Of a DNA stretch of 64,000 bases, positions 11,530 to 21,722 are shown piece after piece. The notes below the pieces were generated by a model. That model was not told the DNA's origin. It saw only the letters and a list, made by a program, of their open reading frames with translations, and searched no databases. Every line of letters begins with the position of its first letter. The stretch's first letter is position 1. The position numbers were made by a program, and so were the translations under genes. This DNA is from Histomonas meleagridis 2922-C6/04-290x (Eukaryota > Protista > Parabasalia), in NCBI GenBank assembly GCA_020184695.1, contig JAANOX010000188.1, forward strand, positions 40,383 to 104,382, given 5' to 3'.

Positions 11530-12507
11530 ATGGTTTTATGTAAACATTGTCATAAGGAAAAAGCACAAGTTGTTCGACCAGAAACTGGAGAAAAGTTATG
11601 CAGAGCATGTTTTTCTGTTGTATTTGAAGAAGAAGTTTATCAAACAATTCAAAGATTTCATTTAATTGACAAAGGAGATATTGTTGCAATTGGGGTTTCT
11701 GGTGGTAAGGATTCCACTGTCCTTATGCATATTCTCAATACTTTGAATATACGTTACAACATGGGATTTGAAATCCAGCTTGTTTGTATTGATGAAGGAA
11801 TCACTGGTTATCGTGATCATGCTTTAGATACTGTTGTGAAGAATTCAGAAAATTACAAACTTCCACTTACCATTCTTAGTTTTACTGGTATCTTTGGTTG
11901 GACATTAGATCAAATTTTTCAAGCTACTCATACCCGTGAAACATGTACATACTGTGGTATCTTCCGACGTAGAGCACTTGATATAGGTGCACAACACGTC
12001 AAAGCTACTAAAGTGGCGGTAGGTCACAACGCCGATGACTTAGCAGAAACCGTTCTTCTTAACGTCCTCCGCGGGGATGTTTCTCGTTACGGACGCTCTG
12101 TTGATATTAAAACAGATGGTATTGAATCTAGATTAAAAGGTTCAGCAATTGCTCCCCGAATTAAACCTTTTGCTTTTCAAAACCAAAAAGAAATAGTTTA
12201 TTATGCACATTTTAATAAACTTCTTTACTACGCTGTAGAATGTACTTATGCAGTACAATCATTCCGTAGATTTCCTAGAGAATACTTAGTGGCAAAACAA
12301 CAAAAAGATCCAGGAGTAATGAGAAGAATTATTGAGGGAGCAATTATTTACCAAGAACAAAATTCTGGCTTATTGGCAACATCCGAAGAAATAGGGTTTT
12401 GCAAAAAATGTAGTGCTGCATGCAATCATGACATATGTATGGCTTGTAGATTAATAGAAAGGTTAGAAGCTGGATATGCTAAAAAGCAGATAGTGGAAGG
12501 AAAGTGA
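11530..12507 (+). CDS. CTU1: Cytoplasmic tRNA 2-thiolation protein 1
   Basis: N-terminal CxxC..CxxC, SGGKDS PP-loop, CTYCGIFRR, GHNADD, terminal Cys motifs. Inr-like TCATT directly before the ATG. Confidence 0.95.
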   Translation: MVLCKHCHKEKAQVVRPETGEKLCRACFSVVFEEEVYQTIQRFHLIDKGDIVAIGVSGGKDSTVLMHILNTLNIRYNMGFEIQLVCIDEGITGYRDHALDTVVKNSENYKLPLTILSFTGIFGWTLDQIFQATHTRETCTYCGIFRRRALDIGAQHVKATKVAVGHNADDLAETVLLNVLRGDVSRYGRSVDIKTDGIESRLKGSAIAPRIKPFAFQNQKEIVYYAHFNKLLYYAVECTYAVQSFRRFPREYLVAKQQKDPGVMRRIIEGAIIYQEQNSGLLATSEEIGFCKKCSAACNHDICMACRLIERLEAGYAKKQIVEGK

Positions 12508-12539
12508 AACTTTAAGAAAATCTTGCGAAATAAAGATTT

Positions 12540-13034
12540 TTATCTAATGAAAATAATCAAAACAATACATAAAAGAATAACAAATGGAAGCCATATTCGA
12601 AAGTAATCTGGCACTGTGAGAGTTTGTCCATTTAGAATTAAGCCCCAAATAATTTTGATTGTTGCACCATTCACCCATTTTCCAAAAAATGGCGGAATTG
12701 GTTTGTAGCCAATTTTATCAAGTACAGATGCAGCAAAGTAATGGCAATTTGAACAAAGAATATTGTAATTAATACTGCCAAACTCACATGATACGTCTTC
12801 AATCGCTCGATCCCAAGTTTCGCAATCAATGTTTATTTTCCACTTTCTTTGTGGCCTTCCGAATAACATTCTTCCAGTTCCAATTGTATATGGACCTTGA
12901 AAATCATATGTTGTTCCTTCTGAATCTGCAACACCAACATGACCAATAAAAGGACATATCCAAGAAAGACCAGGTATTGTCGACCAAAGAACATAGCATT
13001 CACGTTGCCGAATTAAGTTTGTTTCTTCTGCCAT
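12540..13034 (-). CDS. TMEM222/RTE1-family protein
   Basis: WICPFIGHVGVADSEG..YDFQGPY and YNILCSNCHYF match the family motifs. Confidence 0.85.
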   Translation of the reverse strand: MAEETNLIRQRECYVLWSTIPGLSWICPFIGHVGVADSEGTTYDFQGPYTIGTGRMLFGRPQRKWKINIDCETWDRAIEDVSCEFGSINYNILCSNCHYFAASVLDKIGYKPIPPFFGKWVNGATIKIIWGLILNGQTLTVPDYFRIWLPFVILLCIVLIIFIR

Positions 13035-13062
13035 AAAACAACAAAAAAATTATTTTTATATA

Positions 13063-13070
13063 GACCGTTA
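13063..13070. promoter_or_regulatory. M3-like core promoter motif (GACCGTTA)
   Basis: Fits the trichomonad M3 consensus DRCSGYTD. Lies about 30 nt upstream of the minus-strand ATG at 13034. Confidence 0.5.
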
Positions 13071-13312
13071 ATTTCTTTTTACCCAAAAAACAGAAAATTA
13101 CAAATCTTTCTCCTTAGTAAAGAACAATTTTTTATTTAAAAAACATTTTCCATTCTAGCGTTAAATATTTTCATGCTTTAATTGGGTTTTCAGAAAATCA
13201 AATTTGATATAAATTTATGTATGCTTCTTCTTTCATTATTTATACGTAATCTTTTACACATCACTCACTCCGTATTTACATATTAGATTTCGTGCATTTC
13301 AAATTAATATTT

Positions 13313-13963
13313 TTAATGTTGAACATTGGATTTGCATTCCAATAGAATCGGTTCTTTTTGCCACATAATGAAAAACAAAGTTTGAACTGATGCTTCATCG
13401 AGATCAGTTGTTGCCTTTTTGAACTCATCAATTAGGGAAAGGCTTGGAATTTTTTGAGGATCAGTATTAAGAACAAGAGATTCTTCTTCTTCCTCTTCTT
13501 CTCCTAATGAAGAACCAAGTTCATTTTCATCACTTTTTGTTTTTGTTTGTTTATCATAAAAAGAGTAAAATGTGTTTGTTAAAATTGTTATTAATGTGGA
13601 ACGTGGAAGTACCCCTTTTTTAAGTTTGTCCAAAGTTTTAAAATAGGTGAGAAAATGATACATAAATTGAGGGAAAAACAAGCAGCAAGGCAAAGCTAAT
13701 AAAAAATTTCCAAATGCTATTCGATGAGAAATAAGTGTTCCTGATGAAATCGTTGGATCAACACACTCACAAACAAATGCGACAAAACTGTATGGAATTT
13801 GATCATTAATAACGGAAAGAATGGAGTAAAAATCATCACAATTCAATCGAGTATCTGGAGGAAATTTTGCAAACGCTTCTAGAACATGTGTAACAAATTC
13901 TTTTCTTAATTCGAATGATTGAAATATATCATTAAAATTAATTTGGAAAGAGTTCACTTTCAT
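13313..13963 (-). CDS. Hypothetical protein
   Basis: 216-aa ORF with ATG start and an acidic stretch. Confidence 0.65.
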   Translation of the reverse strand: MKVNSFQINFNDIFQSFELRKEFVTHVLEAFAKFPPDTRLNCDDFYSILSVINDQIPYSFVAFVCECVDPTISSGTLISHRIAFGNFLLALPCCLFFPQFMYHFLTYFKTLDKLKKGVLPRSTLITILTNTFYSFYDKQTKTKSDENELGSSLGEEEEEEESLVLNTDPQKIPSLSLIDEFKKATTDLDEASVQTLFFIMWQKEPILLECKSNVQH

Positions 13964-14016
13964 ATCATTGACATTTCTGTTTTTATTGAAATAATAATGG
14001 CAATATCAACACTAAT

Positions 14017-14045
14017 AACCGTTAAAACCGCAATGGTCAGCCTTT
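14017..14045 (+). promoter_or_regulatory. M3 (AACCGTTA, 14017-14024) plus M5 (CCTTT, 14041-14045) core promoter of RPL12
   Basis: Both motifs match described T. vaginalis core-promoter elements. CCTTT lies 10 nt before a ribosomal protein ATG. Confidence 0.65.
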
Positions 14046-14054
14046 TGGAATCTA

Positions 14055-14534
14055 ATGTCCCAAGAGGTTGTCATTCGCGTTCGTGTTTGGGGTGGTGAAT
14101 CAGGTGTTACAGCAAAGCTCGCCCCACGTTTGGGTCCACTCGGTGTTAACTCTGGTCAAGTTGGTCAACAAGTTGCAAAAGCCACAGAAGAATATAAAGG
14201 ATATCGTTGCACAGTCCAAATCACAATTGTTGATCGTCAAGCAACAATTTCAGTTGTTCCTTCTACCTCTACCCTTATCATTCATGCACTTCAAGAACCA
14301 CATCGTGATCGTAAGAAGACAAAGAATGTTAAGCACACAGGAAGCCTTACACTTGACAATGTCATTGATATTGCTCGTCAAATGAGACACAAATCAATGT
14401 CAAAGACACTTGCCGGAACAGTTAAAGAAGTTCTTGGAACATGCCAAGCTATGGGTGCACAATGTGAAGGTCAGAACGCCAAAGCCATTCAAAAGAAGAT
14501 CTCTTCTGGCGAAATTTCAATTCCAAATGAGTAA
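14055..14534 (+). CDS. RPL12: 60S ribosomal protein L12 (uL11)
   Basis: GGESGVTAKLAPRLGPLG, VVPSTSTLII, KHTGSLTLDNVIDIAR, KEVLGTCQAMG. Highly expressed codon bias. Confidence 0.97.
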   Translation: MSQEVVIRVRVWGGESGVTAKLAPRLGPLGVNSGQVGQQVAKATEEYKGYRCTVQITIVDRQATISVVPSTSTLIIHALQEPHRDRKKTKNVKHTGSLTLDNVIDIARQMRHKSMSKTLAGTVKEVLGTCQAMGAQCEGQNAKAIQKKISSGEISIPNE

Positions 14535-14692
14535 ATCAACAAATAATTTTTAATACTCATTTTTTTGGGATTACCTTAAGCATATGAATATCTGTTTTAA
14601 GTGGAGAAATACTTTAAATTAGTTCCTTTCATTTCTTTTTATAGAAAAATTTCTTTGGTTGAAATTGACAAGGTTTGTCCGACTATAGGTTA

Positions 14693-15157
14693 ATGAAGTT
14701 TATTCTTCAGTGCGTTGAGAAAGCAACAGCAACAAAAAGTGATGGAAGCGTAATTGAAATTGGAAATGGAATTCTTGTATACGTGTGCTTTAATAAGAAA
14801 GACAAAGAAGATGATTTGAATTGGGCAATCAGAAAAACATTTAGTATTTGCTTATGGGAAGACGAAAAGGATGGAAGGCCATGGAGGAAGGGAATCACCG
14901 ATATTTCAGGTCAAATAATCTTTATTTATGAACCAAGACTTTACGCTTCTGTTGATAATTCTTCAGAACCTTCTTACGAAGAATTAATGCCAGAAGGTGA
15001 TGCGATAAAAATGTACTCAAAACTTATCGAAAAAGCAAATGCTTCACATAAGCAAGATCACGTCATTACAATTCCTTTTGGTGAGAAAGCAAAGCTTGAT
15101 TTTGTGAATGACGGACCTATAACAATAACAGTTGATTCTTTCCACAGACGTAATTAA
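14693..15157 (+). CDS. D-aminoacyl-tRNA deacylase (DTD)-like protein
   Basis: MKFILQCV..A start, IGNGILVYV, LWEDE...W, C-terminal VNDGPITITVDS with the Gly-Pro motif. Confidence 0.8.
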   Translation: MKFILQCVEKATATKSDGSVIEIGNGILVYVCFNKKDKEDDLNWAIRKTFSICLWEDEKDGRPWRKGITDISGQIIFIYEPRLYASVDNSSEPSYEELMPEGDAIKMYSKLIEKANASHKQDHVITIPFGEKAKLDFVNDGPITITVDSFHRRN

Positions 15158-15363
15158 ACTTATTTTTTGATTTTTTCTCATCTGTCCCCAAAAAATTTAG
15201 CCACCCGAAAACGCTCAGAAAATTTGCCGATCGTCATTCATTTTTCCAGCTTTTTGATTTCGTGGCAAGATTTTTCAATGTTTTATGGGAAACGATTATT
15301 TAATTTGTTGAATGGTCTTTTTGCGGAGTTTTTCAGTTACTTTTGGTCGTTAAGACCAACCAA

Positions 15364-16437
15364 ATGAAAAGCAACGCAACTCGAGTTGCAGTCCTATCAG
15401 TATCTTATGCACTATTTTCGATGATGATGGTTTTTACAAATAAGCTCATCCTTCGCGCTGGTAAATCCAATCCAGATATCGTATCTCCAGATAATCTCCT
15501 GATAGTTCAATGCTCGATTGCAGCAGTGCTTTTCCTAGTCCTGGGTTTATTTGGTTGCTTCCCACTCAGAATAGGATTTATGGATTTATTAGTTTGCTGC
15601 ATTGTTAATTTTGCTTTTATTGGTACTATGCTAGCAAACTCTTATTCACTTAAATATCTTTCCATACACATGGTAACCCTTCTCAAATGCTTGTCTGTTG
15701 CCTTTACAGCTATCGGAGATCATATTTTTTATAAGCAAGAGATGCCACCATCCATTCGCTTTTCGCTGTTTCTTATTGTTGCTGGTTCAGCTGTTGGTGC
15801 AATAACAGACATAGACTTTTCACCTATCGGATATTTCTGGATGTTATTATCAATTCTATTTTCTACAGCCTATGTACTTCTCACCAAACTTCTTGTTTCC
15901 AGTCGTAATCTTCATTTCTTCACCCTTATTTTCTGGAACAACTTCTTATCAACAATTTCGTTATTAATATATACCAATACCCGCAGTTATATTAAGTATC
16001 AAACATTTTCTAATCCATTTTCTGTCTTATTCCTTGACTCTGAATCCATATATTTAAAGCCATGGTTTATTATATTTTCCGGCATATTAGGAATTTTAGT
16101 AAACTTTGCAACATTTATGCTCTTAGGACATGCATCAGCGACTTCGTATGTAGTTGTTGGTGCTGGAAAGAAAGTATTTCAAGCAATTCTTTCTTTCATC
16201 ATATTTCCAGATTCAACAAACTTTGCGAATATTTGCTCAGTTGTAATTGGCTTAACAGGTTCTACAATGTACGGATATGTTAATTGGAAGAAATCAATTA
16301 AGAATTTGGAAGAAGAAAATGATGAAAACGAAATTCCTTTCTTAGCAGATGAAGAAAACGACTGTCTCGAAAATGTACATTTCCCTAAGGTGGAAGAAAA
16401 ATCGGAAAAGATAAATGACAATGAAAATATAGTGTAA
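15364..16437 (+). CDS. Nucleotide-sugar transporter (SLC35/GDP-mannose transporter-like)
   Basis: About 10 TM helices. FTNKLIL, LKYLSIHMVTLLKCL, SATSYVVVGAGKK. Confidence 0.85.
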   Translation: MKSNATRVAVLSVSYALFSMMMVFTNKLILRAGKSNPDIVSPDNLLIVQCSIAAVLFLVLGLFGCFPLRIGFMDLLVCCIVNFAFIGTMLANSYSLKYLSIHMVTLLKCLSVAFTAIGDHIFYKQEMPPSIRFSLFLIVAGSAVGAITDIDFSPIGYFWMLLSILFSTAYVLLTKLLVSSRNLHFFTLIFWNNFLSTISLLIYTNTRSYIKYQTFSNPFSVLFLDSESIYLKPWFIIFSGILGILVNFATFMLLGHASATSYVVVGAGKKVFQAILSFIIFPDSTNFANICSVVIGLTGSTMYGYVNWKKSIKNLEEENDENEIPFLADEENDCLENVHFPKVEEKSEKINDNENIV

Positions 16438-16681
16438 TTTTTTGATCGTTATAATATATTATAAATACTTCTATTCTGTATTTGATTTTTTTTTAAATTT
16501 AATTTGTTAAATGAATTTTGCAAATGTAAATAATTTTAAATTCGTAACAGAGTTAATCTCAAAAAGTGTCCATTTGATTGATAGTTTGGACAGATGAGAA
16601 ACGAAATTCTGTATCAGACTATATCAGTATGATTAGGATCAAGAAACAAGAAGGCAGAAACACTTTGGTCTTCCCATTGAC

Positions 16682-16689
16682 GACCGTTA
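16682..16689. promoter_or_regulatory. M3-like motif (GACCGTTA)
   Basis: Ends 6 nt before the ATG at 16696. Confidence 0.45.
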
Positions 16690-16695
16690 CCCGAG

Positions 16696-17490
16696 ATGGA
16701 GGCAGAAAACCCAAAGTTTTCGTGCCCTTATTGTGTATTGACGTTTAAGAGGGAAGGAAGCCTTCACGCACACATAGACTGCATTCATGGTGATATGTTC
16801 CAAAAGACTAAATCATATCATTGCCCTTTATGTGATTATACAGGAACAAAAAGCCATTTACAGCAACATATTAAGGCTTATCACAAAAACTCAGAGGATA
16901 TTATTGAAGAAGCAATTCAAAGAAAGTACTTTGTTTGCCCTTTTTGTTCACAAACATTTAAAAAAATTCATACATTCCGCCAACACACTGCTATTATTCA
17001 TGAACACAAGAAGCCTTACTCTTGCGACATTTGTGGTCAAGAATTTTTGTCCCTTCTTAATTATAAAAGACATCCATGCTTGAAAAAATCAAAAGATATC
17101 AAATGTAGCTATTGCGATGCAAAATTGTCATCTCGAAAAGAGCTTACTAGACACTTAAAGGAAGAGCATAAAAAGCCACATGTTTGTCCTGAATGCGGTG
17201 CAACATTTTCAATCAGTGCAAACCTGAAGCAGCACATGCAAAAGCATTCTGGAAGTCCAACAAGTCGGAGAAAGTTTGCATGCCCAGTTGATGGGTGTAA
17301 TTCAGCATTTACACGACAGACAAATCTGAATACACACATAAAAACTATACATGGAGGAGTGCTTCCTTACACATGCGATGTTTGCGGTGCAGCATTTTTG
17401 TATCCATCTCTCCTTGCAAAGCATGCGGAATCTCATATCAAGCAGCCAGAGCCAGAAATAATCGAATTCGATGATGTGTTTTTATTATAA
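16696..17490 (+). CDS. Multi-C2H2 zinc finger protein (about 8 fingers), TFIIIA-like
   Basis: Repeated CxxC...HxxxH fingers. RRKFACPVDGC..AFTRQTNLNTHIKTIH resembles the late fingers of TFIIIA. Confidence 0.85.
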   Translation: MEAENPKFSCPYCVLTFKREGSLHAHIDCIHGDMFQKTKSYHCPLCDYTGTKSHLQQHIKAYHKNSEDIIEEAIQRKYFVCPFCSQTFKKIHTFRQHTAIIHEHKKPYSCDICGQEFLSLLNYKRHPCLKKSKDIKCSYCDAKLSSRKELTRHLKEEHKKPHVCPECGATFSISANLKQHMQKHSGSPTSRRKFACPVDGCNSAFTRQTNLNTHIKTIHGGVLPYTCDVCGAAFLYPSLLAKHAESHIKQPEPEIIEFDDVFLL

Positions 17491-18145
17491 ATATAGAATA
17501 TATATCAATTGATGCTTTTTCCTTATGTTTATAGAATATATGGAAATTCTATCAAGTGAGTTTCTTCGAATTTAAGATTGACTCTTAATTACAGTCATAT
17601 TTTGATTCTACATGTTACATAATATTAAGTTTTTGGTTCGTCGCTAGATTGTGAGCTTTACTCATACGATATGCTTCTGTGTAATTTGATCGGCATGTGA
17701 ATTGAATATGTTTGTTTGGGTAATCAGCGGTTTTTGATCAAAGAGCTAAACATTTATATGTGATTAATAATTTTTTATATTCTAAAGAATCATTGAATAT
17801 ATTTTTATATAAAAATATAATAATATTATGATTATAGAATTATACAAATTTATTAAAAAAAAAATATCTTTCATATAAAATTTAATTAAAAAAATTATCA
17901 TTGTCTTCATTTTATTTCATCTTTAAATTCTTAAAAATAGCTTTGATTTCTTTTGTACTTCGGGGATACTTGTTATTAATGAAAATTGTATAACATAAAA
18001 CACTTTGGAAGAAGGGGAAAAAATTTTTTTCTCCTATCGTTGAAAATTAAATTAAAAATGATCGAACTCAGCAGGTGAACCGGCTACTTATAGAACGATT
18101 ATTTTATACACAATTTCATTTTAAACGGTTTGTCAATCTTACAAA

Positions 18146-18589
18146 ATGAACAGGCGTCTGATGAAAGAACTCAATGATATCAAGGCTGCTCCACCAACAG
18201 GTATATCAGCAGGCCCAGTCAATGAATCTGATATTTACCATTGGGAAGCTCTTATCCAAGGACCTCCTGGCACAGTATATGAAGGCGGAATTTTCAAAGT
18301 AGATATCGCCATCCCTAATGAATTCCCACACAAGGCACCAACCTTTAAGTTTATCACAAAAATTTACCATCCAAATGTTGATCAAGAAAAAGGACTTATT
18401 TGCTTAAAAGTTTTACAAGAATGGGCACCATCTGTTAAAATTGCTAAGGTATTAACTGATATATACAACCTTATGATAACCCCTGAACCTGAACATGCTG
18501 TTGATGCTGCTATTGGGCAAGAATTTATGGAAAATCGCGCTGCTTTCGATAGAAAGGCCAGAGAAATGGTTAGTCAATACGCACATTAA
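18146..18589 (+). CDS. Ubiquitin-conjugating enzyme E2 (UBC4/5-like)
   Basis: RRLMKEL, HWEALIQGPPGTVYEGG, KIYHPNVD..GLICL (active-site Cys). Confidence 0.95.
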   Translation: MNRRLMKELNDIKAAPPTGISAGPVNESDIYHWEALIQGPPGTVYEGGIFKVDIAIPNEFPHKAPTFKFITKIYHPNVDQEKGLICLKVLQEWAPSVKIAKVLTDIYNLMITPEPEHAVDAAIGQEFMENRAAFDRKAREMVSQYAH

Positions 18590-19013
18590 ACCCTTCGTAT
18601 TGATTTTTTTTTAACAAATTTTTTAATTTTTGTGGATCAATGCAAAACCATATATTTTGAAGTTAGCTTGAGAAAATGACAAAAGTAAAAAGCTTTCTAT
18701 TTCTACGTTTTGGAAAGACTCTTTCCTTTCATCCTTTCCAAATAAATATTGTATAATATTTTTTATAGCAAATAATTAACAGCTAATTCAAACTTGCCTG
18801 GGTTTTATCCGGCTTGAAGGATCAGAGTGATTTTTTTTTAGGATTAATGAATGATCATCTGATCAAATTTTCTTTTGACTTCCCAAAGTTAATGGAAACT
18901 TCAGCACCATATGAAGCATAAAATATTGTCCAAAATTTGGAGCATTTTATATCAATAATAAAAACACATTAAATCATAAAAATAAAATTAGCACTTTTGA
19001 TAAAATTATCAAT

Positions 19014-19892
19014 TTACTGAATTAGTTCTGGATGTTTGAAACCTTCAGCTTTCTTATTCTTAACGATGATAGCAACAATTATTGCTATCGATACAGCCAA
19101 AAGAACTGCTAGAACAACAACAGCTATTATTAATCCAGTATTGGATGATTGAACTGGCTCGTCATCTCCTAATTCGAAGACAATACCATAGTAAAGAATG
19201 TTAAAGTTTCGGTTCAAAGTTCCGTTAATTGAGTCAGCAACTTTGATATAGTTTAATCCTTCAGCTCCAATTGATTCACCCCAGCTATTAAGAACCTCGA
19301 GGTAAATACCATCATGGCCTTCTATTGTACCTATTCCTGTGACAGTTACTGCATGGTCAATTGACGACATTGTTTCATTATCCATATAATATTTATCAAT
19401 AATGCTTAAATCACTTAATTTTTGAAGAGTAGCAGAGCGCATAACTGAAACTATTGGTCTTCCAGTTTTAAGTAATTCTACAATTGTATCAATGTTAGCA
19501 TTTGCTCCTGAAAATACATTATAACTTTTGACATAAATAGAAGATGGCTTTTTGTTGTACTCCATAATCATATGTCTTTTATCATTGACGAGATATTCAA
19601 AAGCGCAATAATGACTATAAAAATAATTGGTTGAAAATTGTTGGCATGATGGATATTGGGATTTTCCATCGAAATAATCAATAATGGTATTCACTATTGT
19701 ATCCCATGGAGAGAATTTCATTCTATTTCCACTAATTGATGCATATTGCATTTCAACTGATGAAACTGTTGAATATGCCCAACAAGTTCCATACTCTCCC
19801 TGGTCTTTAATGATTGATAGGTAATCTTTGTTGACGCCTGCAATGGCTGAAAACAAAGCAAGTCTTGAGAGGATGCTTCTTTCTAGGATCAT
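19014..19892 (-). CDS. Papain-family (C1A) cysteine peptidase with C-terminal TM helix and no prodomain
   Basis: DQGEYGTCWAYS (Gln, Cys), DHAVTVTG (His), LNSWG (Asn). Hydrophobic C-terminal helix. Confidence 0.85.
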   Translation of the reverse strand: MILERSILSRLALFSAIAGVNKDYLSIIKDQGEYGTCWAYSTVSSVEMQYASISGNRMKFSPWDTIVNTIIDYFDGKSQYPSCQQFSTNYFYSHYCAFEYLVNDKRHMIMEYNKKPSSIYVKSYNVFSGANANIDTIVELLKTGRPIVSVMRSATLQKLSDLSIIDKYYMDNETMSSIDHAVTVTGIGTIEGHDGIYLEVLNSWGESIGAEGLNYIKVADSINGTLNRNFNILYYGIVFELGDDEPVQSSNTGLIIAVVVLAVLLAVSIAIIVAIIVKNKKAEGFKHPELIQ

Positions 19893-20476
19893 TAGTGAGC
19901 TGATATTTGAACCAAATTTTCGGTTTGCCAGACATTGAATTTTTGTTAGTTCGGTTCAAACATCATGTTGTTTGTTGACTTATTTTGCACTTTTAGTAAA
20001 ACAATCAAAAATCCAATATCATCCCACAAAAAATGAGAGGGAATAAAAAAACCGCTATGATGTGTGCTAATTAGATGATCATTCTCCGATTTAATCATTG
20101 CAAGAGGAGCCACCTTCATGTGCCAAAACAATAAAGGCCTTCAGCCTCTGAATTGCACATAAGGTACTCACCATCCTGGAATAAATTCCGAGGATTTCGT
20201 CCCGCCCAAAAAAATTTAATGAACTTTCTATTTTTTCATTAAAAAAAAGAAACCTATTTTCGCAAAATTGAATCTTCAAGAAATGAAAAAAATTATATTT
20301 AGATTAAATCATTTTTTGTACCTAAAGACCGCTATAGTGTAAATAAGGAACAACTGAATAGGCTTATTTAATGTTACAAAAGTAATATCTAATTAACAAA
20401 ATTTACAGTCAAATAATGAAATTTTATTAGCTTCAGTATGCAACCTTGTAACTCAATGCTGAGGTTGTAGTTATGT

Positions 20477-20886
20477 CTAATTTTCTTCGGTTTTAATTTT
20501 GAAATGATCAGGATAACGAGCAAGTTTAGATTCTTCAATTCGTACTTTTGTTGATGATCCACTGAATTGGATTAAGACCTGTTCGTTTGAAGTTGTTTCA
20601 GAACTGTTGTAACAACAGCAGGGTAAAACATTGTGGACCATATTTTTAGTTCTTCATCATACCAAAGCGCTAAAACTTTTTCTCCTGGTTTATATTTACC
20701 CGACGTTGATGGGAATTGAGTAACATGATCTCTAGATAGTGTATATTTATTATTTTCTTGTGATTCATCGTATTCATCACAAACGACAAATTCTCCACTT
20801 GGAAGAATTGATTCAATGCGTGTTAGTATCCAAGCATTTAAATCTTGAAAATATGCAGCACAGAGTTTTCCTGGTTCAAGATTCAT
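20477..20886 (-). CDS. Tandem Tudor (SGF29-like) protein with one frameshift near 20600
   Basis: AWILTRIE...FVVCDEYD and GEKVLALWY...TMFYPAVV. The domain continues in another frame as SETTSNEQVLIQFSGSSTKVRIEESKL. Adding one T restores the frame. Confidence 0.6.
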
Positions 20887-20887
20887 C

Positions 20888-21370
20888 TCAAACAAGAGAA
20901 TATTCCCCTTTAACCTTCGGTTTACCCTTCCCGAAGAAATCCCAAAACAAATTTTTTCTAATTATTCCTTGACGATTGAGATTGAGCTGCTTGATAATGG
21001 TTTTAGAGATGGCTTTTTTTTCTTGAAAAAATATGTAAAATACATTTTAATGAGTTTTGGAGAGTGATTTTCTGATAAATAAAAAAACAGAATTTTATCT
21101 TCTAGAGAATCAAAAACACATATGTGTTCCAAGTAGGCATGGAAATGTAGTCCACCTTTATTAACAACAATTGCTGTACCCAAGCTCTGTTACCACTTGA
21201 GCGTTATCTGTTGTATCCTCTATATGAACCATCATCAAATTTATCTTGATTTCATTTTTCAAATGTTTTTCGAGAGTAGATTGCATGAATTTTATCAGTG
21301 AATGAAAAACACAAATTTTGCTGTTGAAATTCCTAATGTAATATTTTCCATAGGAAACTTTCGAAGTCAT
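20888..21370 (-). pseudogene. Hypothetical gene broken by two homopolymer frameshifts
   Basis: Three consecutive protein-like ORF pieces join by single-base changes at a G run (about 21182) and a T run (about 21030). Confidence 0.4.
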
Positions 21371-21722
21371 TTTTATGTGTAATTGCTTTATTTCACTTTT
21401 GACTCAAAAAAGCATTTTCGGATTTTTCTTGAAAAAATATCAAAATATAGTTCAATGAGATTTGATGATTTTGTCAAGTATGCCTTTTTCACAAATATTA
21501 TTTTTAATCATATGAAAGACATAAACTAATAACCACAGTGCTTTGGGGCTTGATCAAGCCCTTAATTTACGAAGACGTTTAGGATTACACTTTTGTTAGA
21601 ATAATCATCACAACGTTCATTCAATTCCAACAGAAGTGACATGTTCAATTCAAAACCAAAAATGGTTATTTGAAAACAACCGAAATATAACTTTTTGAAC
21701 TCTCAATATTATTTCACGTCAC

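Noticed and set aside
19946-20279. Two short overlapping minus-strand ORFs as a gene
   Set aside because: No recognisable motif and no convincing single-indel join. It may be a relic, but this is unsupported.
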